From Haplodiscus bocki (taxonomy: Eukaryota), in assembly GCA_965655095.1 (NCBI GenBank), contig OZ296649.1:61256001-61320000 (forward strand): a stretch of DNA of 64,000 bases, in the 5' to 3' direction. The first letter of the stretch is position 1, and every line of letters begins with the position of its first letter. A model generated the notes under the pieces. That model was not told where the DNA came from. It was given only the letters and a program-made list of their open reading frames with translations, and made no database searches. The position numbers were made by a program, and so were the translations under genes. Of the stretch, positions 36,901 to 48,556 are shown in pieces.

Positions 36901-39900
36901 CACAATTTGCACCTGATTAGAAGGATTTTTTTTAAAACTGCCCAATCAGGTTTTTTATGTAGTTATTAATAAAGATCACGATGTTCACTGACTTTTCGTT
37001 CGAATCCTTACTTTTTTCTCGAAACCTCTTACTTTTTTCGTAGCGTTTGGACTGCAAGCTTGCATCCGCAGTTCTATAAATTGGAGTAATATTTCATCAA
37101 ATAAAGACAAGGACAGCTTATTCAATTATACGCTGTCATAAAGTAGCCAAGAAATTGTAATAGATATTGATTTAGCGTCTTGAAAAGGCAAAGAAAAAGC
37201 TAAGGGGCATCTACGTTCTGCTTTTTGAGCCGAACGAACAGCAACCAGCAAATTTGACGAAAAATGCAAAACTTAAAAAAAAAACGGAGAAAAAAACAGT
37301 GCGAAGGACTAGACAGAACAACTTTCGAATAAGGAATAAGGAAGTTCCTAAAATACATGAAATAGGAAACGAAGAGCCGCAGTCGTACTGCGATATTTTC
37401 CGTCAAAATGCTTGTCGAAAAGATTGATCGAACATACAAGAAGTGATTCTCTATTGAGACATTGTAGGAAGAAGTTGTTTATCTAATATCTTGCTCGATT
37501 CTCCAGTTTGTAAGATTCCGAAAATAATAGTATATGATGAAAATTATAGCATACTTGCGCAAGCAGTGTTCTATCGCGAAAAAAGTACAGAATTTCAAAA
37601 ATTTGAAACTCGAGAAGATAACAATAACTGTTGGGTTTCACGGCATTTTCTGGCTATGCTGAAAGTTTCAATGTTTGAAAAAAAAATCAACGAATATAAA
37701 TTGAGGACACTTTCACGCCTGAAAACTATCAAATATTACATCGATAGAAAAAACGAAGCCAATAATTTCTAAAAAATAAAAATTTCTAAACATGATTTAC
37801 TCGAAATTAATAAATTTTTTTGACTTTTTTGGACTATCAGGATTCCGATTCAAAGATCAAGATCCATAATCTTCAATTCAGTGGTCCTCTTCAAATTGAC
37901 AGCTGTTGTTTGAGCACTTGATGCAAGAAATTGAGTTCGTTTGCTGTAAAAAAAATCACCTCGAAAACCTACATTTATCTAATGATAAAACTCTTTCCAT
38001 TCTCGGGCGGTAACGAATAGCAAAATGATAAAAATCATCTGCACCTGGGACTCAGTGGTAGCTTCAAAGGCAAAAAGTCTTAAAAAACAAGGAAATCATG
38101 CCATCATTTTTTCAAACGAAACCTCAATGCTTCACGGCTCTGACACAAAGCTAAGTTTCAAGAAAGTGTTCAAAAATGAACGAATTCAATTCTCTTCCGA
38201 GAAAACCAGACTAAAAGTAATGCTGACTGCCATTAAAACACATTGTATTGCACGTCGAAGTGTCTTTGTTACTGCAGTGCCGACTTAGATTCATCTTCAG
38301 TCTTTGATTCTAGATTGAAGGTCTACAATTTTACAAAACTCAACTGGCAAACAAATCACTATCTATAAGTTTGTTTCCTTGAAGGCATGTTGAAAATTTT
38401 TCTGACCCTAAAACAACACGTACACAATTAGCTACTCTTGGTTAAACGGTTGAGGAAACTTAATGAGTTCCAGACGTAACCGCCACAAAATGAGGAAAAT
38501 TGATGACAATTTCAAATTATCAAAATCAATTCCTTTATCACGGTCTGTCTCCAAAAAATTCCGCAAAAAAAGACCTCAAACACAAAGTAATTCAATTAAA
38601 AAAATGAGTCTTCTTGTTATCTTAATGATGGACTTTTGTCTTTATCAGGCTGCTCCTTCAAACTGTTGTACTCACAAGGACGAGAAAGGATCAAAAAATG
38701 CGAAAAAAGCTCGATTTTCAAGTTTCTCGGTGAAACACCTATCGAAAAGTTCTATGTTCTGTGATCGCAACCAAACCGTAAGAAAACGACTTACTTCCTC
38801 CTTTAGGACCCGCAAAACAGATTCGTTTTGAAGACATTTCCAGTATAGACGAGTTCAAATTTATATAATAAAAACCGGAAAAACAGGATTTTTGAAAGTA
38901 AATTGCACAAAAATTTTATGAAGGAACGTTGCTTCCGAAACAAGAACAATTGTCTCATAAATGCTCGCCATGATGCAAATTATACAAAAATCAAGTAACT
39001 TGCGGACCTAGGTTCGAAATAGAGGACTTCAAGTCGACAATTTTTTTTCAGAACACCAAAAAGAGGTCATTTTTCAAGGTCATAAACGCCCTACGAAAAA
39101 AATTCCGTCAGCAATCAAATTCTTTAACATTAAAAATTTGTGACTTTTTTCAACGCCATAACAAACAAACGTTTTTTTACGGATTTGCCTCCAGTACAAA
39201 GGACTAAAATTTGATAAGACCTGTTAAAAATTGATAGATTTTCAAGATTTGCTCCCATAAGCACCCTCCGCAAAATGTCACTGCTAGTAAAATTGACTAA
39301 TTAAAAGATTTGAGTTTTTCTGAATCGTTAGTGGAAATTATAGTAAACTGATTGAATAGATCTAAAATAAAAAATGTGTGTCTTCAGAAAACCTTCGAAA
39401 TTCCGGAACAAATTGTCGATTTTCGTGTCTGAAAAAAAGTCCGAGAGAGTGTCGGACCAGCACTGATATTTGATATGTGTTAAAGAGGAGTCCCATTGTG
39501 AAATTCATTTCAGATTCAGTCTATTCGGAGACCTAAATGAGGGAATAAAACTTTTTACCATGACAGTTATCGTCTAAGCAGTTCAAATTAGATCGAATCT
39601 TGAATATCTTTCGCAAAAAAATTCCAAACTTGGGGACCACAAACAAAAAATAATATGCTACAGAACCGACTTCTATTTCAACACTGGTCAAGTTTCAGGT
39701 CCTTCGGAACCCTACAAGAGTGAACAATTGATTTGTATTATGACAATAATTGTCAAAGTTGACAAGAGTAGCCCAATTTTCAAGCTTCCTTCTTAGGAGA
39801 AAAATCTGAAAAAGCCGTTCTACAACCATAAATCAGTTCGTGATAGAACAGAGTCCTCTCATTCAGCCCATTGCAACTTTTAGGGACCTTAGAGGCCCAC

Positions 39901-40869
39901 ATGTGTGAATAAATGACATATAATCTGACAAATTTGGTCACTTTGGTCTAACTTAACTCGATTTTCAAAATCATCTCGTGAAGAAAACTATCGAAACATT
40001 ATCGGACTTCAACTCAAAATCAATTTGTATCAGGCTATAGTCTTGTTGTATCCTTTCTTACAAGATCAAAAAATTCTGTCAAACAGGTTGACAAATATTG
40101 CACTTTGAACAAAAAATCTTGAATTTAAAAATGAGTGGAGAACTTTTGCCTCCGGAACCTCCAGTGTAGGTATCTGGAAAAATTTACTTTTGATTTCATT
40201 ACGCTGGTCCAAAACAAACGAGATTTTGAAAATTTTTCAGTTAGTTGACTGTGATCTCTGCGGGAGGATTGAAGCACGTGGTGTTTAAAATTTATCAACT
40301 TCAATATTGAGTTTTGTCACTATTATGAGCACTTTTTGCCATTTCCCGAGTGTCAAGATTCTGAGAGGACAGAGCAGTCATCTCTTGTTGTTTAAAGGTT
40401 CTGCAAGTAGAAAACTGCTGGTTGAGACGTTGATAGAAGAAGTGACGCCAATAGTTATTCGAAATTGTCATTTTGCAGATCAGGTTTTGTCAAACGTTGT
40501 AGCGTTTTCTGCCGTCTTTGCAAACTCAGGAATCCAACAGAAGAAACAAAAATGATTCTTCGTCTATTGATTAGTCTTTCGCAAGCAAAGAACTGTTGAT
40601 TGAAAACTCGAAACCAAAAATAAGAAGCTGGTGGCTTTGGATAGTTAAGAGTTTGAAAACCGAGATGTGCAGTTGTTCATAGCTTTCTCGATACTTTTGG
40701 CCTGTCAAGATTCGGACCCAAAAGAAATAGCTAATGATCTTTTTTTCAAAGTCCTCCTGAAGTACAAGGTTGTCGACTGAGACCCTGGTTAAGGAGTTGA
40801 ACTTTGTGTTGATGGAGATGAGTGATTTTCAACATTCGACAATTTCAAAACTCAAGATAATCAATATAC

Positions 40870-41460
40870 AGGAAGTTTTTGGGAAAAAAATATTCGACAA
40901 ATGTTTTTTTTTAAATCAGAACGTTTTGCGGGCGATGAGCAAAAAGTTTTTCCAATCCAAGCAAATTGTTTTTGATAGGGTTGTCGAAACTGCATTCTAC
41001 GTGTCCAGACGGTCATTTTGGGAGAAACACACTTTTGAAAAAATTGATAACTTTTTTTTCGGATTCTAACGAAAAAAGTGTGGGCAAGATTGTCAAAATT
41101 GCATTATATTTGTCCGTAAGACCAATTTGCGAGGAAGAAAATGGAAACGATTTATAAATTCATAATTTTTTCCGAACCTTCAGCAGAAAGTTTTCGAATC
41201 GGAACGTAAAAATTTTGACAGAGTTGGAAAAACTGCATTCTACCTGTCAAGAGGGTGTTTCCGGGAAAAAAAAGTTTTTTGAAGAAATTTATAGCTTTTC
41301 TCGGACTATTAGGGGGAAGTTTTCGGACTTTGCGTACGAAATGTTTGGCAGGTTTGTGAAAAATGCATTCTACGTGTCCACGAGAACATTTTGACTTTCG
41401 AAAAAATGTGAACATGTTCACTCCGAATTGTTGAATTCCGGAGAAAAAACTCTGCGTACT
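40870..41460 (+). repeat. Tandemly repeated ~120-130 bp unit (MITE/satellite-like)
   Basis: Recurring aaactgcattctacgtgtcc-like core at ~40988, ~41098, ~41230 and ~41361. Confidence 0.8.
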
Positions 41461-41639
41461 GAAAGAAAGAGACTGATTTTTTTTTTCGTCATACGTTATG
41501 ACGGAAAATAATCATGGTGTTTCATTCTCTGTGTATTTTATCTCCAAAAACAGGACTGTCTGACTGTTATTCTTTTAGGTATCAGTTTTTGTATGCAATG
41601 GTTCATTTGCAAATAAAGTAATATTTTGGCTCTAGATTC

Positions 41640-42130
41640 TGTACGTGATAGACTACCCCATCTCCATATTGCTCCAATCTGTACAAAACAAAACATCAAC
41701 CTATCCAATTTCTCTTAATTATCCAATCCATTGGATCATTAGTCTCTATCTTCGATTCTCCATTTCAATATTTCCACAATTGATCAAACTTAGCAGTTCT
41801 GACCAATTTGATATCACATTGTTCTCTTTTAAATTTCCGATTCACACATTTTACCTTTCTTCAAGATGACAGTTCTCTATATTTCGTCAATTTGCTTCAA
41901 TTCGTCAATTTTCTCCAAATCCTCAATTTTCTTTCAGTTAGTAAATTTTCTGCAATTCGTCAATATTTTCAGTTCGTCAAATTACGTAAACAGTCTTCAA
42001 AACTTCTACTCGTACCATTTTTTTTCATCCTTTATTTCTCATAATTCTCAAATCTTTTCAACCCAACAATTCTGTAAAGTCAATTTTCTTCAATCTTGTA
42101 AATTGCACTCCTGCTTTTTGACCACAAACT
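41640..42130 (+). repeat. Pyrimidine-rich low-complexity repeat
   Basis: Repeated TTCGTCAATTTT-like units. Confidence 0.7.
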
Positions 42131-44649
42131 GTTCGCCCCTTGAGAAAGATGTGTGGCAGCTTGTTGAATTTTCAGGTGGGATTTGGTGTCTGCGGTCTCG
42201 TAGGAAGGCCCTTTGGAATTTCCTTTAGACTTTGTTTTTGCAACCTATTTTTCTATATACAAAAACAAGCACCGATTAAGTTAAGGTAGAAGAAAAAAAT
42301 GGATTCTAATTTCACCCGTGAGCCCGTTAAAAGAAAGAAATACTTCAGCAAATCTTCAATTTTACTACTCTTCCTCTCAAAACTTGCGTTTGGAAAAAAA
42401 AGATTACTCAAGACTGTCCGAGCATTATTCTAGCTTGCCACAAAAGTTTCAAAAAATTGGAAGTTTCGTTAACATTTTTCTTGTTCCAAAATGTTCCCTC
42501 AAATTTGAGAAGCCCTTCTGTTGTTGATGATGTATCTTCGTGTCATTTCAGGTAATGATAAAAAAACATATTCCAACTTTCATCAGTTTTTCTTTGAACA
42601 TTTCGGCGTATCATCTTACATCAATTTTCGAGCAGCGCAACTTTTGTCAGTCAAAAATGCCAAAAACTAACTGTGCAGTTTGCGAGGTTTCAAAGATGGT
42701 CTGACAGTTTTCAATGGCTTTCCGACTACGGAAATTTAGAAGCATAAAGAATTGTATTTGCTGTTCAATAAAGTGTTTCTCAGTCAAAGTGTACAATCTA
42801 TTGCAAATTTTGAAACAGAAAATCAACTACGGTGAATTCGGTTGTTTTTTTAGGTTTTTGTGAGGATGTGGCAGTTTTTCTTGAATGTTTGAAAGTAAAA
42901 GAAATCCCAAGACACTCCTTTTGATGAAGTTTGTTTTAATTTCTTACCTTCAAATCCATATATCTTCCAACGTAGATCTGTGACCCACTAAAATTTTGTC
43001 TGCACAAAATCGAAGCACTCGATTGTGAGATTTTACAGGTGTCATAGTTGATTTGAAAGATTTTTCTTGCTTTTCTACTGAGTAAAACTAGAAAAAAATC
43101 GTTTTTTGCAGTTATTCTACTGCTGTCAGTACAATGTTTTTGGTGAGTCTTCAATTGATCTAAACTTTACCTTAGCAATGAAACTATATAAGTGAAATCT
43201 TTGCGTTTCTTTGTGGTTGCAACATCTTCCTTGAAGCTTCTCCGGAGAAAAAGTACAAAAAGCAACTTTACTGGTGAAAGTTTGCTGTCTTTGCAACTCT
43301 ACGTTACCCCTCAATTTCATTTCCAATAAACTCGAAAAATACAGTAGTTTTTACAATTTAGGATTTTCGTGGAGCTTCAGCAGCTTTTCATTCAACTTGT
43401 TAAGAGAAAAATATTTGAAAAATTGTACGACGTCAATTTACTACGGAATTCATTCCGATTTCGATCTGGATAAACCGCTGAGAGACCATATGTTCTATTG
43501 GCTGTAAATAGTGAACTGATAAATTTGTGTTGCTTTTGGACTTTAGAAAACTAAGGAGTTCAAAGCTCACGAGAACTTTGAAACCAGGATATCTTAACTT
43601 GTAAATATTCAGTCAACTTCAGTTCTAGTGAGAAAAATACTCCAGTTTTTTGACTGCCATTTTTTAGGGTTTCTGTAAAGTTGCAGTAGTTTTCATTGAA
43701 CTCGTTCTTTGAAATATTTGCGGCAAACTGCTTTCAGAGAAGTTTTCTTGCTGTTTTTAAGCAGTTTTAGCTGCAAAAGGTTCAATTCTACTGCGCCTTT
43801 TGTTCTGTAAAACATTCATTTTTTGCCAGTCGAACTTAAAACCATAATTGTTTGCTAAAATAAAATGACTCAAATTTCCATTTTGAAAATTGTGTCTTCA
43901 AATAGTTGAGGATTTACAAAAGGCTATTTCTGACCATTTTTTGGCCATTTGATGTATTTTTTATTTTTGAGCCTGAAAGAAAAAAAAACAAGACAGCGGG
44001 CTAGCACCGGCATATTTTTTGCCCAATTACAAGTTTTTAAACAATTTTTGCAAACAGTCAAAAAACGAGACTACTGTTCTGAGTATGGCTGTCAAGGTTT
44101 TCCTTAAACATCAATTCCACCACTCATCTCAGAAATTTTTTCGAATTATCGACCTATCAAGCCTTCGAAGCAATGTACTAAAAAATTACTGAAGAAAGAG
44201 ATATTTTCCTGATTCACCTTCTGAAAGTTTGAAACGATCTGATGAGATCTTGATTTCGAAAATCCGGCCATTAATTTGAACAAAATGAGTTTGACTATAA
44301 GGAAAAGCCACTACAAGTTCCACTCGTGCCAATTTCAGTCGACAAGGTTACGGAGTCAGGGAACACATTTCGGAACATGTTTATCGATTAACCTTATACA
44401 CAAATGAAATAGTCTATTGAGATTTTGGTGGAAGAAGTTCATCCCTACTTTGATGCAAGTTTTGGAAGTATCAACCAATCTAGTTGCTGCGGAGAGCAAT
44501 AAAACTCAAGGTTTCCACATTTCAGAACTATTCAGTATTGAAAACTGATCTTGATAAGGAAATGCAGCTGGTCGCTCTGTAAAAAATTGGTTCTAATACA
44601 AAGAAGCATCATACATACACATAACTTTTCGAAATGTAAGGCTTTCAAA

Positions 44650-45050
44650 CTTTCCAAAAAAGGATGAAAAAGAAGATATAAAATGATTCATCTTGAACAA
44701 AAATACAATTGCTGATTGAGGCCATAACAACGGAAACCTTGACAGTTCCTCTGAGGGAAATCAAATTTGAATAGCAAGGCGAATCAGATCACTAGTCAAT
44801 TTTTGGTTAGTTCCTCCAATCAGTTTTCAGTTGCACAAATTAATTGAATCATTTAGCATTCAAGTAAGTTTTTACGTGTAGAATAAAATCGATTGATACC
44901 CTAATGGACGGAACGCATTCAGTAGTTTTCGAGAGCAAAAGATTACGTCGCAAAAAATTGAAATCTTTTGGTTTTACATGATTTTTCGGTCCTCAAAGTT
45001 TCTGATGTACGAAATTTTTCAAGAAAGCTTCTATTGAATGATTCTCTGCA
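44650..45050 (-). pseudogene. Possible adenain-like cysteine protease relic of element 2
   Basis: Fragments LLLSK and AFRPLGYQ resemble HW.LL...FADPLG; very weak. Confidence 0.22.
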
Positions 45051-45359
45051 ATTGCAAGCTGGTTGATTGGGATCTCACAGTGAGAAATGCAGCAAGTTTT
45101 TTCGAATTCGTTTATCCGGACAGTTCATACGGATATGCAACTATTGGCTTTTCCGCTATTCAAAAATGCGTTGCCAGGAACTAAGAACAGCAATTGACAT
45201 TTCCGTATACTAGACAGGTAATAAAAGAGTCAACTGATACTTCCATGAAAGAAATGCAGCCACTGGTTTCGAGAAAGGCAGGTTCGTTTTCCAGGAAGAA
45301 TCAGACCAGTTCCAAATTTTGGCTACATTGATCCTTTAGGTTTGCAATGCAGGGACATT

Positions 45360-46450
45360 TATCAGAAATATAATCTCAAAGCGATTTTCTGCAGATGGAG
45401 AAGTGTTGGTTGAGACCATGATAGTAGGAATCGAGAAGGCTGTTTTGAAAATAATTGAGTCTCTTTATCAAGACTATTCATACAAATAAGCAGATACTGA
45501 CAATTTCTGCGTATCAGGTTTTCCTCCTGAGGAACCAATGACAATCTTGGACAGCAGAGTGGCATTTAAGAAGTAGAAAAACGTTGACTGAGGCATTGCT
45601 GGAAGAAATGTAGCTAATTTTTCTGGAAGAAATTTAGCTTGGAATTCCGAAAAGATCATGACTGTCTGCACGTTTTGATTAAATCTGCATCCCTGAAGTT
45701 TCCAACGGAAGAACGGCATTGAAAACATTGTTGCTGAGGAACGTTTTGCAAGCAGGAAAAATTGATTGAGACTATGACGGCAGGGTTACAGCTGGTAGTT
45801 TTGAAGAAAAAATGAGTATGACTTTCATGGTTGGTCATTCGTGAAATAGTTCTTGCTTACAGTAGTTTCTCTTGGAATGGTCCAATCGCAACAGACAATA
45901 GTCGAGTGGGACGCTGATGGATGAAAATCAGCACGCTGTTTCGAAGAAAATTTGATTTTTTTTCGCTTTGGAAAATTATCTGTCTAATGTTTCTGGCTTG
46001 ATTGATCTTCGTTTCAAATGCCGGCCTTTTAAGCCGAAGTACTTCCACAAGTACTTTAAGCCGAACAACCTTCTACAAATGGAAAATTGTTGATTGTGGT
46101 TGTACTGGCAAAAGTCCATTCGGCCGTTTTACAGGTTAATAACTTTGAGTATCTAGAAGAATAAATACCATGTTTTTTGGGCCTGGTTTGACTTTACGGA
46201 TTATACAACGTACACAACGACATGCTCCAGATAAAAGGTTTTCGAATTTACAATTTTTGGTAAAGGTACTCGAGGAATCTTTCCAGGGACAACAACAAAT
46301 TTTTAAAGCGGAATTCATGTTATAAAAATCAGATACTAATTTCGCATAGCTGAAAACTTTTATTAGATCCAGATTTTGACAATTTATCTCAAATCCGGAA
46401 CAACTTTAGTTGATTCACATTTGTGGAAAAAAACCTTGTGGGAAAACGGA
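45360..46450 (-). pseudogene. rve integrase relic of element 2
   Basis: SGF...FSYAK, FIWSMSL, VLVEVLRLK...AFE and C-terminal IGSSGGK...QKL follow the Maverick integrase layout. Confidence 0.5.
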
Positions 46451-47148
46451 AAAGCCTTAAACTATGTTGAAACCTAGTGTGCAAAAGAAACAATCGAACA
46501 TGTACAAATTTTTCAGGAAAGATAAAACAAGCTTGTAAGAGAATTGGCGGGTTCTAACTTGGGGCTACCTATCTGCGTTGATGCCACATATTTGCATCAA
46601 ACAAAAGGCTAATGAATCCGCAATAGGAAGTCTGTGTGAGCTTCGCAAATTCTGGATTCAAAAAAATGCTTTACTGTATTGACTATTTTCCTTTTGGGAA
46701 ATTTATGGACGGAAACTAAGACAATTTGAGAACAGGTCATAGTCGACGCTGCTCATCTGTCCGGCGCAAAAGCTCCGGTAAACCATCGGAGGGTCTCATC
46801 AAAAATTGTCGAAAACTTTTTGTCTCACAGTACCGAAAAATTAGTAATGGGCCATTTTTGTTTTTCTGGAATTTTCTATTGTTTCCGGTGCTGGCTACTT
46901 GTCCTGTGCCAAATTTCTGGTGAACCATAAAAGAGGTATCACAAAAAGATGTCGAAAACTTTTTTTGCCAGGAAAAATTCGTTATAATAACAATGCAGAA
47001 AAAACAAAGTACCTACTAAAGTTAGCATTTTATTTCATAAAGTACCGACAAAAATATAGCGGAAACATTAATTTTGATGGGTGTAGAATAAACAATCCTC
47101 GTATTTGGAAATTGTTATAATAAAATAAAAAATTATATGTATGTAAAT

Positions 47149-47215
47149 GCTGGAATTCGAACCCGTATCTATCGCTTCAGAACCCTGTTGTCCTACCGAC
47201 TGTGCCATGCGAACA
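47149..47215 (-). repeat. tRNA-like unit 1 of a tandem pair (tRNA pseudogene / SINE head)
   Basis: Minus strand TGGCACAGTCGGTAGGACAACAGGGTTCTGAAGCGATAGATACGGGTTCGAATTCCAGC has A and B boxes; stems imperfect. Confidence 0.6.
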
Positions 47216-47256
47216 ACTGGAAATTCTGACAAAAGTCAGAGAAATCATAAAATGTA

Positions 47257-47333
47257 TGGCACGACAGTGACTCGAACCCCGAACCTACTGCTTGAGAACC
47301 TTGTTGTCCTAAGCCTACCGCTGCCATTTATCT
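47257..47333 (-). repeat. tRNA-like unit 2 (Glu-CTC-like, ends in CCA)
   Basis: Minus strand TGGCAGCGGTAGGCTTAGGACAACAAGGTTCTCAAGCAGTAGGTTCGGGGTTCGAGTCACTGTCGTGCCA; acceptor stem unpaired. Confidence 0.6.
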
Positions 47334-48556
47334 TTGAACAAAAAGAGTTGAAAAATTTTGTCTGAAAAAAAAAGAAAAACGACCTCACTGAATGAATAAT
47401 TTTTCTTACATATTTAAAAGTATGTGGCGAAAAGTAACAATTTAAAAAAACGCCCACAGAACGCCTTTAGATCTCCTGAATGCTGTGGTTTTCTCTGAGT
47501 CATTTTTTTCATTTTTTTGCTGTTCTGAGGAAAAATCCAGTTTGGATGAGGACACGCCTCGTTTTTCTGTCTTAAAACAAGTAAAATGTCTTTTTCGAAT
47601 GAAACTCTTGCCAACATTCTTAGGCATAACTCTATAAAAAAAACTGATGTCGACCAATCATGGCTCTAATCAAGTAGTAGCATATAAGTGGTAGTATCAG
47701 GTAATATATAGCGAAATCAGATCGAACTTTCAGCTTATCGTACTAGATTCTGACTAGCAGCTAACACTAACCAAACTCCTCTGTGGTATCTCTTCGCAGA
47801 ACAGTCAGATTGTTGTTGTTTGACCCAGCCCAACTGTTCGGTAGCTCATCAGTGATATAATCCCAAAAAATTGTAAAGATTTTTGATAGGAATCAGGCTG
47901 CCTAGCTATGTCCAACCGTTCAGTTGTTGATGTGGCCGCCGTCTTGTTCACCGTCCCCAGTGTGTGTGTTTGCTTTAGACAACCACCTACACATTAGTCA
48001 TACTACCGTGCTATCTTTCAAATATGTTTTCCGAGCGGTTTTTTGCTCTTGCATCCTATAGACGAGAATATAATGTGCCTTCAAAATGCTTTGGTACCAG
48101 AAATTGTTACCATTACCGTTTTATTGTTTCCGCATCAACTGTTCAATTGAAATATTTCTTTTTGTCAAACACTGCAATATTTCATTGAAAGAAATATTTT
48201 CAGAGTAAAATATAGCCGAATTATAAAACTATTAGTGCAATCGAAATCTTTCACTCTAGACGTTCCTGGGATGCTTTTTGTTTAGAGTTTTTTTCACGAT
48301 TATTTTTTCAAGCAGCGTCCAAGGAACACAAATTTTTTCAATTTTCCGGGTCTGAAACCGCATACATACTTTCTGCTACCGAATAAAAGTTACCACGCAA
48401 ATGCAGTGGGTAATATTGGGGTGACATTTGGATGAGAACTACTTTCAGAGATTGAACCCAATCAAATATGCATGAAACGAACATGTACACGCAAAACAAG
48501 GTTCGGTGATTTTTTATTATTATCGCGTTACACATAACGCTCGAACGGTAATTAAT

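Larger units (their letters stand above)
37500..43470 (+). pseudogene. Protein-primed PolB relic of element 2, interrupted by repeats at ~40.9-42.2 kb
   Basis: Ordered remnants PYKSEQL...KLPS (~39710), EEVTPIVIRNCHFAD (~40435), ACQD (~40700), SIVRF...FFLLFY (~43020), VCCLC...LEKYSS..NLGF...YGIHS (43280-43455) follow the order of Maverick PolB motifs. Confidence 0.45.
31700..46480. mobile_element. Heavily decayed Maverick/Polinton (element 2)
   Basis: Faint, colinear motif remnants for ATPase (-), capsid-like genes, PolB (+), cysteine protease (-) and integrase (-); no ORF survives; termini not found. Confidence 0.5.

Noticed and set aside
44230-44275. CTGATGA...GAAA hammerhead-like core
   Set aside because: Stem II needs the core GA to pair and no stem I/III with a cleavage triplet is present.
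47149-47333. Functional tRNA genes
   Set aside because: Acceptor and anticodon stems do not pair; treated as tRNA-derived repeats.
48062-48190. REYNVPSK... as SLC4 loop-4 exon
   Set aside because: Wrong phase for the 30819 donor and no further similarity.
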